Origin: Klebsormidium nitens
Lineage: Eukaryota > Plantae > Klebsormidiophyceae
Assembly (NCBI GenBank): GCA_000708835.1
Contig: DF237357.1
Coordinates: 1 to 64,000, forward strand
Length of the DNA stretch: 64,000 bases
Reading direction: 5' to 3'
The translations under genes and the position numbers were made by a program. The notes under the pieces were generated by a model that was not told where the DNA came from, searched no databases, and saw nothing but the letters and a program-made list of their open reading frames with translations. Of the stretch, positions 49,001 through 59,500 are shown piece by piece; position 1 is the first letter of the stretch, and every line of letters begins with the position of its first letter.

Positions 49001-50705
49001 GCATGAATAAACTGAGGGACGCGACAGACATAGCAGTCCAACTTGAATCATAGTTGCTCAGCACTTCTTTCATCTGGCATCTACTCGAAGGTGCCAAAGC
49101 CGAAGGCTTTCCAGCAATATACCACAATCCTCTCAAACTTTTAACCTCTTCTGGTTCATCCCTACGACTAACACAGAAGGCTTTGCTGCTTACCTGCTCG
49201 CCCATGACAGCTCCCGTCAGCTGATACTGGTAGTAACATGCCTCTTCAGTCGAATGAAGTGCCGCAGCCTGGTCAGACAATACCCGGAGCATGTGTCCGG
49301 CTGAGCGGTTGAGGATTTCATGCCTGCGCAGAAAAGCATACGTTTCTTGATATAGTCCAGTGCTTTTATGCGCAAAAAAGTGTAAAACCAGAATCCTTGT
49401 CAAAATGGCCAAATGTGGCTCCAGCGGAGCGCCAAGCATGTGCCAGCTGTGCGGTTAAGCACCTTGCATCAATATAATGCCTTCTTGATTAACTTGAAGC
49501 GGCACTAGCAACCTACTGGATAGAGGATTAATAACATGGTAAACAGTTATTATGAAACCTTGCGGGCTTGTTCCAGAAGCTTGTGACCACAGGTAACCAA
49601 GCACCATTCTGACAAAAGCACGGAATACAGCAATGTTCCGGCCATGTTCTGGACTCGTTGGCATTTCTGGAATGTTGAAGTAAGTAAGTAAATGCTTCCA
49701 AGCCGAATGACGCAAATCTCTCCATGTGCTTGAACTCCCAGATTGTAGAGAGCAAAAGTCGGGTTTCTACAGAAGATTCTGCTCTCAGCAGCATGTCTGC
49801 TTAGACTAAAGTAAGGGTCCTCACCTGATAGACGACCCGAGGCTGTTCACAGCATTCTTCGTGCTCTGAGACGTCCAGAACCACGTGAATATGGTTAAGA
49901 GGCTGACGGACACAGCAAAGAGCGTCTGCACACAAAAGAGGAATGTCAGCTTCACTGTGGATGAATGGTGGCTTTCAGGAGCAAAGAGCTTTGCATTGTT
50001 AAAAAGCTTCTGAGTTGTTCTAGGCTCGAAGTTACTAGGACAGCAATGAATCGACTTTGGCAGAACAGAGCGTCCTTGACCACTGCAAAAGTCCATAGAG
50101 AGTCTGCCTCTGCCAATGCAAGTTGAGCACACCAAGTGGTCACTTGTTTGCAAATTGCAAGTCTCCGGTCAAATCACCGTCTGTCTTGTATTGCATAGCT
50201 GAACAGTGCTTGGTGCACACTTTAACCAAGAACTTCTGGAGACTGACGTGCTGTTACGAAGGGACGCGTACTCTGCTACAGCTATGGGTACACTCAAGAA
50301 GCTTGACAGGATGCCACGAGCTCCAACACACAGCGGTAGCTCTCAGCCTTACTCTTTGCCTGATGTACGCGAAGACAGATTGGGCAAGTTGCCGAATACA
50401 TTTCAATGATGCCCGGCGATGAGGTACGCAGCCAGCACAAAGGAGAACAGCAAGAAGGCCCGAATGGTTTAAAATGCCCTTAGAAGTGAATCTACAATTC
50501 AGAAGACAGGTGCATCAGGCCCAAGATGACTTACGATGATAGCGAGTCTGGCAACGAGCACCGAGTAATTTGGACGCGGCCCGGTTCCTTGCTTCCCCTC
50601 CGCTCCTGTTGACGGCGCCTCTTCCTTGGGCGACTGCGCTGCACTGCGGACTGGCATTGGTGTCATCCCAGATCCATTATCCACGATTACCTCGAGGCTC
50701 TTCAT
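37033..50705 (-). CDS. AHK1: Membrane hybrid sensor histidine kinase, AHK1/CKI1-like (TM - extracellular sensor - TM - HisKA - HATPase - receiver-like - REC); 19 exons, about 1097 aa
   Basis: complement(join(37033..37257,37686..37826,38327..38764,39395..39558,39950..40038,40570..40756,41297..41359,42007..42245,42530..42768,43459..43533,43711..43821,44204..44390,45022..45156,46300..46444,47171..47478,48566..48711,49194..49323,49825..49925,50535..50705)); phases consistent, 3294 nt. H-box FLSNVSHELRTPMAG, N-box NLLSNAVKF, G1 VDDSGIGI, F-box VFENFVQAD, G2 THGGTGLGL, REC VLVAEDTPIL...LMDCQMP...YLSKP. Two hydrophobic helices, in exons 1-2 and exon 8. An upstream acceptor at 50712 means an additional 5' exon is possible. 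The symbol is a best-similarity call from memory. Confidence 0.88.
39180..39394 (-). repeat. 82-bp-period duplication of the HK exon 16 donor region (3 copies including the real one)
   Basis: AGGGA(A/T)CA.(C)AAG...CCAC(A/G)TG.G.T..TTGACA.TT.CT(T/C)ACCT units with donor-like sites at 39391, 39309 and 39227. Confidence 0.8.
45300..45560 (-). repeat. Two intronic copies of the HK exon 7 acceptor region
   Basis: GTGCTGCA(A/T)ACCCCACCTG at 45152 (real), 45321 and 45486, with shared upstream intron sequence (GGACCGGGTTGTG). Confidence 0.85.
46603..46765 (+). mobile_element. Second copy of the G-rich-core inverted-repeat element, in HK intron 5
   Basis: Core 46646-46693 (ACGGGTAGGGTCAGTTAGGGGGTTAGGGTGGGAACGGGTGCAGAGCGG) is similar to the reverse complement of 23493-23541. 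Flanked by doubled subterminal inverted units AGTGAACAGTAAC / GCTTACTGTTCACTGGGCTTA, like the doubled AGATAATAGTAAGCC units of the 23410 copy. No clear TSD. Confidence 0.7.
47570..48035 (-). repeat. Array of 4 decayed copies of the HK exon 5 acceptor plus 5' end
   Basis: CTGCAG anchor at 47479 (real), 47615, 47754, 47890 and 48022 (CTACAG); each copy carries GGAGACTTTGTA.GCCATT.G..ACCCCCC. Confidence 0.9.
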
Positions 50706-53024
50706 GACCGCCTGCGAGAGCAGAGAGGTGCCAACAATGAGGGTTTGTCAAGAGATCCTCCGAGGGCCCTACGACAAAAGGGAGAACAGTGAGTGAGGTG
50801 GCATGTCAACCGAGAGTTCATTATAGATGGGAGTCCGATTCTGCCACAGCCTAGACAACGAAGCAGTCCTGAAGTCCCAGCCGCAACAGAAAGGCACAAG
50901 CCTGACTGAACCCTAATCGAATATGCTATATACGTGCGGTATACGTGCATAGACTATAAGCTGACCACCCTCTTCAACCCACCATCCAAAAAGCTCTCTA
51001 GTCAACTGAACCCTATTGTTCAGCATGGCCGGACTCCTTTACATCACACTTGAGTGGCTTGCTCATATTCAAGGCTACTTGGGAAGCACACAACATTTTA
51101 AACCCTCGCACAAGGCAGGTTGGGCTCCTATTGAGGCCTGGCTCCCATTGTGCCTCGCAGACATTACACACTGGGAATCTGTCAGTCTGGAATTAGAAGC
51201 TGAAGCTTCTCAACTTCCATTAGCTAGGCATTTCAGTGAGTGGGAACCCCTCAGCGGAGGGTTGCTAACTTCCCAGAGCACGGTGTCGGCCTGGAGTGAT
51301 CACACTCACCTTCTGGTGGATAACAACAGGGCCAATACTACTATCAAGCTCAGTCAGTTGACCAAGGCCCGACGAGAGACTCTAGGCATCGGTCCTGAAA
51401 CCCATGAGCGTCAAGCGTCTCCAGATCCAGCAACCGCTCCAACTCAAACCACACACTGCTGCCGTCTAGGTTAGATTGCAACACACTTGTTGCAGCCTCG
51501 TTTCTGTCAGGTGTCTTTCAACTAGACAAGCAAAGCTCTGCGCAAGAATCAGCTTTTGCATCCCTGTGGAAGATTCACCTTCTGCATCCCTGCCCCTTCA
51601 AATACTATCCCCCGCCCAAAGATAGGGTTCGTCTCCGAGCTACTTGCTAGCAAGCACTTTGCCAACCTGAACTAGTGCTGTTGGCATCAGGCAAGAGTGT
51701 TCCCTCACTAGCCTGTCACAAATGAGCACCAAGTCCCACGAAGCCCTGCACCGACTCCACCCTGACTGGACCAATCCTTGTTCAGACCATATTGGTACCT
51801 GCCATCTTTCTTGCTGGCGCGCCCTGCCAGTGTACCTACTTGGCACGATACCGGTATGCTTGCAAAGAAGTGCGCCTGCGTGCGCCTTTTGCAGAAAGTT
51901 TGAGCGATCTGCTTTTTGATCGCTTTTTGGGCGCTTTTTGCGGTGGATGGAACCCGCAAACAACTAACCACGCTTCAGAGGCCGACACCTGTCTGTCTGG
52001 TACTCTCCCTGTCTGGTACTTTTCAAATAACCTGCTCTTGCATCTGGTGCTGCCACGTATAGAGGCAGTACGACTTTTGTTGAACCATTTATGGCACCGG
52101 CGATCTGCTGACGACCTGTTTACGTCAGGCAAATCCGAATGTTGCGCTGAAGAAAGTCCGGAGTCCGTTGTCCGTTGTCAATTGTCCGTCGCGGATGTCT
52201 CCAGAATCACTCCAGATCCTTACCAAACGGTAATGGTATCTGTCGATAATGTTGAACCTCTGTGAAGATCAGCGCCACGTCGACAACTTCACGGATATAC
52301 CGTAGGTAGCTCGGAACAGGCCATGGCCCTCGTGATCTCCCTGCATGGCGAGCCGTGAAATGGCCGAGCGCAGGTCGAGGAGCCACTGACGTTCGTAGGA
52401 GACGGCAGCTGGGTTTCTCCTAGGTACCGTAGTTGGGCTTGCAGGTGAAGAAGAGGGCATACAGCTCGTGCTTGACACAGGCAGGGTTGCCCAGAGATTG
52501 AGCTTGCGTGTTGGGAATGGCGGGCTCGTCGGTATGTATGCGGGTTCAGCCCGCTTTGCATGTGGCACAGCGGGAAACTTGGGGCAGGCGTCATGTGGGG
52601 GATAGGCTTTCAGAACATGGCACTTGCAACAGGTAGGATGTAAAATCTGGTTGTAACCTTTGAACTCTTAGGCGAGATGCGGTTAATCAGTGAGCAGAGG
52701 AATTGTTTTTGCTGCCGGTCTGCAACAAGCAGACCTTGGAGGATTATCTGCACTTTACCATGTTGTTGGAGTGGGAGTTTGGAACACTAGCATTTCAAGC
52801 TTGCGCGAAATTGACCAATGTCCGAAGAATTTAGATGGTACAGAAGGCAGCTGAATTGAGCATTGTGGACTAGTTTGAGGAGAAAAGGTGGCTTTCAAGT
52901 ATGGGAGCGTTTTCTCTGAGGGATTTGGATTGCAAGATTTTGGTTCTCTTCGGTTCAGAGACTGTAAGCTCCTGTTGTGGTCTGGTGCTCCTTGCAATTG
53001 TGGAGAAATAGTAATAAGTTTTGT

Positions 53025-53106
53025 TGGAAACTGTCCTTGCTTTGGAAGCGGTTGGGATTGCTGGATGGAAACTGTCCTTGCTTTGGAAGCGGTTGGGATT
53101 GCTGGA
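53025..53106. repeat. Perfect 41-bp tandem duplication
   Basis: TGGAAACTGTCCTTGCTTTGGAAGCGGTTGGGATTGCTGGA occurs twice (53025-53065 and 53066-53106). Confidence 0.95.
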
Positions 53107-53524
53107 AAAAAATGTACTAGGGTCTGTTTCCATAGCGTCCTTTCTGATTTTGGACTCCAGATGTTGGGAGAGTTTTTCTTGAGTTGCTCCTGTGGACTCC
53201 TTTCGAAATTTCTCATTGAAAACAACAACAGCCGAATTTACGCAGTGCGCCACATCAAGAATGGTCGAGTCCTTGAGGCTCCAGCAGATTTTTCTCTTTC
53301 TTTGGAGGCCACTGTTGGCAGTAAAAAGTGTGCCATCTCTTGCCCCGCTTCGCCTAGTCACCTGGGTATCTACCTCTCAGAGCGTTGTTTTCTTTTACAC
53401 ACGAGCAATAAGAATTTGAAACAGAAAAATTTCCAGCCGTTGCAACCGGAAGCTATCCAAGGACAGTTTGTGAAAGCGTTGAGACTTCTGCAGGCCCTTT
53501 CGCCCTGCGGCGCGCAGGCCGCAG

Positions 53525-56500
53525 ATGGTGACGCACAAAATTCACCAGTTCCAAACCACAAAAGCAGCCAGCATTAGGAACTTTCCTCGTGCCGGCACGG
53601 CAAAGTCGGTAGTTCCAATACCTTTGGCCGCTTCTCGGGAGCTTTCCTTAGGCAAGTCCGAGTCTGTGTTTCAAAAGACACAGCTGAGGTCAGGATTTTT
53701 AGGGGCGGGGCTTCGCTCCCGGAATCGAGGTCCAAGCCATGAATCAGCAACGAGGGGTGTGGGGTTTCTAAGAGGAGGGGTCCCCTGCTGCCGGCTGTCA
53801 GACTCGCTGGAGACACATGAGGGGTTAGAAAGTGCGAGAGGTTTAGGGTTCGGGTGCGCGCCTCTGCGGGGGCCCCAAAGAAGGAGGGATGTCGTAGTTA
53901 AGGATAGTCGGAAGACGGGGTCCGGGGGGGCAGGGAGTGGGGCAAAAGCGGAGGGGCCGGTGCCCCCCCTGCACGCGGTGGCGACGCTACAGGATAATAG
54001 CACTAGGACTGAGTACCTTGATTCAGAGGTAGGTCGCACTCTCGTGATTGAAGCCGTCTCATGTCTCGTCCAGTTTGGGGGCGCCAAGATGCGTGTAGCT
54101 TCACAGTGATGACCGGAGGACGTTGGTGACCTACCCCTTGCATGTGTGTTGGCAGCTTGAATCGTGTGGGCAACTTTTGTGAACTGGGCGACAGACTTTC
54201 AACTTTTATGTTCGAAGAGAGTGGGCTCCTGAGGTTTAGAAGATGGTAAGGTTTCAGGGCAACAGTCCTTCGCTGTGAAGAAGTTTCATTGCAGAGGCCT
54301 GTTGCACGATGTTTGGAGAGGGGGAGGCTTTTTCGGCCAATTGTGTGATATGCCAGGCAGATTTAGCAGCAGCCCAACGGTCTCCATCAAAGTCTTCTTC
54401 ACTGGATAGCAGGATGTAGCATTCGCTTAGCACCACAGGGTCAGGGGGAAGATCCTAGGTGCCGCTTCACTAGCACTCCCGTGGTGCCCCTTTCCCTGCA
54501 TTTTCTGATAATTCTGACATTCGACGGCCTCGTAGAATCCTTCTCCGTGTGTATCCCTGTTTTCTTCCCTTTTTGCAAGGGCGATTCGGGGCATGGGGCA
54601 TCTCACCAGGTTGGATGTTTCGGGGCAGAGTGTCAAACTTTCTTTTGTTGCCTGTGCCCATACGGTAGCTGTGAAGAGGATCGGGTTACACCAGATGCGC
54701 TTCACAGGATAAACCCCTTAACCATAAAGCCAGCATTTTCTGATGTGGACCCGTTTTGTTTTCTTTCAGATTGTCGACAACACAAACTGGGAAGAATTTT
54801 TGCACACACCGCTGCCGACACACCCGCGGCTCATCCGAGGACAGCTTGACAACGGGCTTCGCTACGTGATCCTTCCGAATGCGCTGCCGCCTAACAGGTA
54901 TGTTTGCCATTTGTTCTTGAAGTTTCATTTTTGAAAAACAAACGATTCTTTTGTCGTCTCCTCTTGCTCCCTTTTTTCTCAAGATCTAGACTCGGTGAGA
55001 GATGCATGTAGGGAGCGTCACATAAAGTTTCTAGACTTGATTGACGAAATGAGCTCGTCATGATTTGCGTTCGCGCTTTTAGGTTCGAGGCCCATCTGGA
55101 GATGCACGTGGGGAGCGTCGACGAGTTGGACCACGAGCAAGGCGTCGCGCATCTGATCGAGCACGTGACGTTCCTCGGGAGCAAGAAGCGGGAGCGCATC
55201 CTGGGCACGGGGGCCCGCTCGAACGCATACACCGATTTTCACCACACAGTGTTCCATGTACACAGCCCGGTCAAGTCGCAGGAGACGGGAGAGGCGCTGC
55301 TGCCGCTCGTGCTGGACGCGCTGCACGAGGTAAGCAGAAACGAGCATGAAATGCGGTTCCAAACCATGAGGAGATGGCGGTTGTGTCGCTTTTCGTCCGT
55401 TCTCGGAATGCTATAGCACAGTCAAAACGTCACCGCTTCAAAGGCACTGTTTTAATCCGCTGTGGAGGTGGTTCTGCTGCGAAGCGAGTGCTAGTTTCCC
55501 TCTGTAAAGCCTTGCTGCGCCTTCATATGGCCCAGATGTTGGGGTGGGGTGGAAGTTTCGATGAGTATGCGCTCTTGTGTAGTCTGGCGGTTAAGGTATT
55601 GAATTCTGCTATCGGCCCCTCGCAGCGGAGCGAAAGACACGGATTGTATCTTGCAAGATTCCGGTTGAGTCGGACACTTCCGATTCTGGATCAGTTATGA
55701 CCCAGACTTCTTCCTTTTTCAAGCAAGTGCTTAGTAAAGCATGGCGGTTACTAGAGATGATTCCTTACCAGACTACGTTCTTGAGAGCTTTCAACACCTT
55801 GATCTTTCTTTTGCCTGACTCTTTACACTCTCGCTTCCATCAGATTGCATTCCAGCCCGAGTTCCCCGACTCTCGGATCGAGAAGGAGAGGAAAGCGGTG
55901 CTGTCGGAGCTGCAAATGATGAACACCATTGACTACAGGGTAGACTGCCAGGTGAGTCCTCTGTTCACGCAGCAGTTTAAGAAACGGCGTACGTATCATG
56001 CAGCAATTGTGATTGACATCGTGGAGTTCGTTGAGTTCGATTCTCCTGCTGTGTAGTTGTTGCAATTGGTCAAATGTCATGATCAAGTGCGCTTTGGGCT
56101 CTCAGCTCATCAGGGCTTCAGTCCCAACTACTCTGGTCTTCTGCATGATCGACGCTCCTCAAAGTGTTCAAAGCGACCAGAGAATAATGTCTAGTAGAGC
56201 GACTGCCGAATTGGATTGTACTGCTGTTTAAGCAGGCGTCGTTTTGATCTTTCTTATGCTTCAGCATCTCCCTATCATTGCTGCTTGGTGCGGCAGGATT
56301 TGCGTCCTGTCTTTGCTGGGCTGAGAAAATCATGTTACAGGCACTTGTTGCTTATTCACTCGTAATTTCGGTTTCTGTTGACCTAGACAAACTTAACCCA
56401 ATCTTCTGTAGTGATATCTTTTCCTGCCGCGCCGTTGGTAGTGCTACGGCTTGGCACTTACAAGCAAGAACAAGCTCATTCTCCCTCTCCTTTCAGCAAG

Positions 56501-59500
56501 TACTGGATTTTCGTTTAGGAATGAGCTTATACGTGCCTTTTCATTATCTTTTACTCTCTCGCGGTTTCTTCAGCAGCTGCTCAATATGAACAGGGCACAG
56601 CGCGCCTGTTCACACTCTCCCTTACTCCCTGCAGCTCCTGCAGCACCTGCACAGTGAGAACAAGCTCGGGTGCCGCTTCCCCATCGGCCTGGAGGAGCAG
56701 ATCACCAAATGGGACTCCGCCACCATCCAAGCTTTCCATAAGCGATGGTACTTCCCCGGAAACGCGACGCTCTTCATCGTCGGCGACTTCGGCCCCGTGG
56801 ACCACGTGCTCGACCTGATCCACAAACAGTTCTCCAAAGTCCCGCCCGCCGTTTACTACCCGAACCGAAACCCCGCGACGTCCCCTGCCGCCGCGAGCCT
56901 CCACACCCCTAACCCGGAAACGCAGAACCCCAAACCCTCGCTTTTTTCCGGATTCTCCCCGTCGCGATCCCCGTCCCATACGACTTCCAACTCCCCAAAC
57001 CCCGAAACGATCAAACCCTCGCACGCGGCCCTGCAATCGCTCAGCTCTCTGTTCAACTCGGTTGGAAACCACCAGCCTAACCCGCTGTCGAAAAAGGAGG
57101 TTGCGCCTTTTCCGCCGCTTCCGGAGCCGATCCGGAAGGAGCGGCACCCGATTCGGCCGCCGGTGGAGCACCAGTGGTCGAGCGAGAGTATGCTCAAGTA
57201 CGCAAAATCGGGTTACCCGGCGAAACGGGGTCTGGAAGTGGTTCCGCAGGTGTTCCAGCACGAGTTGCTGCAGCACTTCTCAATGAACGTCTTCAGCAAG
57301 GTAAGGATGCTTAGCATCGAGCATTTGGGAAGGGTTTGGAATTACAATATCCGAGGGATATGAGGGAAATAGGGGTGAAACTTTCGTTGGTGTTTGAGAA
57401 CGATATTGCAGCCCTTTCCGACAATTGTCTCTGGCAAGAATAATAGGGATCGGATATCTAGGGATTCCAGATTTGAAGGATTTGGAACCAGGGGCTTGAG
57501 ACTCGAGGGTCGGGGTTGGCGGAGAATGGGTTCAAGAGGTGGTTTCGGGGTGTCCAAAAGACCCAGTGCAGCGTTGTTTACTGAACCTGAGAGAGATTTC
57601 GTTCGCACACTTGTACAAAGGCTCAAAGCCTATGCACTCTTTAGACTGATCTTGCTCGCCCTTGCTTGCGGCTTGCTTGGGTATTTTTATGAAATGTATT
57701 CTCCCCAGACAGCATCTTAAGGCTCTGACAAGTTCCACCTAACGTAGCCGGCCATGTCCAGTGATGGACTTGTCACCAATCTCTGACCCTTTCACCAACG
57801 CCGTCAGGGACGTTCACTCGATTAGCAAAGTCTCAACGTTCACCCGGCGCTTCCTTCCAATTGCTTGCTCATCAGCCCTTAGTTTCGGTCGCTCTTTATC
57901 AATCTTTCGTCTGCCCGCTTTTCATCGCCTTTTTGTCTCAACGAATGGTTGCTTGCTAGGGTTTTCCTCTGGAATGCTGTCACACCAGCTAATCCCTACT
58001 AAGTCCTTGCTAAAACTCGTTCTTGACCGCTGCAGAACCCCGTTCGGCCCACTCGGACGTACCTGGACCTGCGCAACGTCCTCATGCAGAGGATTGTGCT
58101 GTCCACCTTCCAATTCAGGATCAACACCCGCTACAAGGTGAGCCTTCGATATTCTGGAGACTTGCTTCCCTGTCTTCAATATTTGCAACCAGGTCCGCGC
58201 TGTAAGCATGTTAGGAGCCTGTTAGGCAAACATTGACTACTCTATGAATCTTTTGAAGTCGGTTAACCTTATCTAAGGCAGCGTATTAGAAACACCATTT
58301 GAAGAACACTATGCACTGACACCCTGTCCTGTGTGTGTGCAGAGCGCTAACCCTCCCTTTAGCACCATCGAGATGGACCATTCCGACTCTGGGCGGGAGG
58401 GCTGCTCAGTTACCACACTGACAATTGTATCCGAGGCGAAGGATTGGCGGGGAGCCGTCCAGGTTGCGGTCCAGGAAGTGAGTTGCATTAATTGCGGCCT
58501 TTCGAATGTCTGAAGAAAAAATGTAGGTCGCAATCGGAGGTCTTTGAAGCCGTGATGAGGTGCTTTGACCTTTTGAGGCGGGTTGATGTTCTGCCTGGCA
58601 CCGCTAGGAAGGACTCCCGATAAGCCAGCTGCGAGAGGTTTGCTACACACAACCCTAACGTTGGTCCCCTATTTTGCTCCAGGTGCGGCGTCTGAAGGAG
58701 TTTGGCGTGACGCAAGGCGAGCTGACGCGCTACCTGAAGGCGCTCCTGAAGGACAGCGAACAGCTGGCCGCGATGATCGACAACATCCCGTCGATCGACA
58801 ACCTGGACTTCATCATGGAGAGTGACGCGCTGGGGCACTCCATAATGGACCAGCAGCAAGGGCACGAGTGCCTCAGCGCCGTCGCTGACAGTGTGACGCT
58901 GGAAGACGTGAGGGGTCCCCCTGTGGCACGGCTCATTTTTTCCCTTCTGATCAACGTCTGGTTGGCCTTCAGTTGTTGACCAATGAGGTGTAGGCTTAAT
59001 TGAAGGATCATGAGGGCCGTTGCTCACAGTGTAACGCTGGAAGACGTGAGATTTGCGAAACTTTTCCGTTTTTTGTCCCTTTTGTCCTTCGTTTCTGACG
59101 GAATAGACCATCCGTTTACGGTCCGCTTCAGTGGGAAGAGAAGTGCCTGAGCGACGTCGCTGACAGTGTGACGCTAGAAGACGTGGGAATCCTAAACTTC
59201 CTCCGCTTCTGTATGCTCTCCAGCGCGTTTGAGTAGTTGCACCAGTTACTCGTCTTCCGGTTTCATGATACCAACTGCTCACCGCGGCTGATCGTGACGG
59301 TTGAGATCGTGACAATGCGACTGTCCCGTTGGTGGACTCTGCACTTAAGTCCGCACCTGAGTGTAGCCCACCTCGTCTTTTGAGAATGATTACTTTTCAT
59401 CAGAAGAAGATAAGGGATCAGGCAGTACAAGTAGCACAGGTGACGCTGGAAAACGTGAGGCATTCGAGCTTGCAGTCTCTGCTTTGATGGCACATCTGTA

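Noticed and set aside
51016-53577. ORFs 51016..51474 (+), 52888..53577 (+), 52755..53228 (-) and 52870..53361 (-) as genes
   Set aside because: No recognisable motifs. The latter ones are disrupted or reshuffled by the 41-bp duplication and lie in the presumed promoter and UTR region of HK and SPP.
56581-57276. 231-aa minus-strand ORF (also 33201..33713 +, 32308..32703 +, 53671..54087 -, 61725..62258 -)
   Set aside because: These are antisense shadows of GC-rich coding exons of SPP or GT61 with no recognisable motifs.
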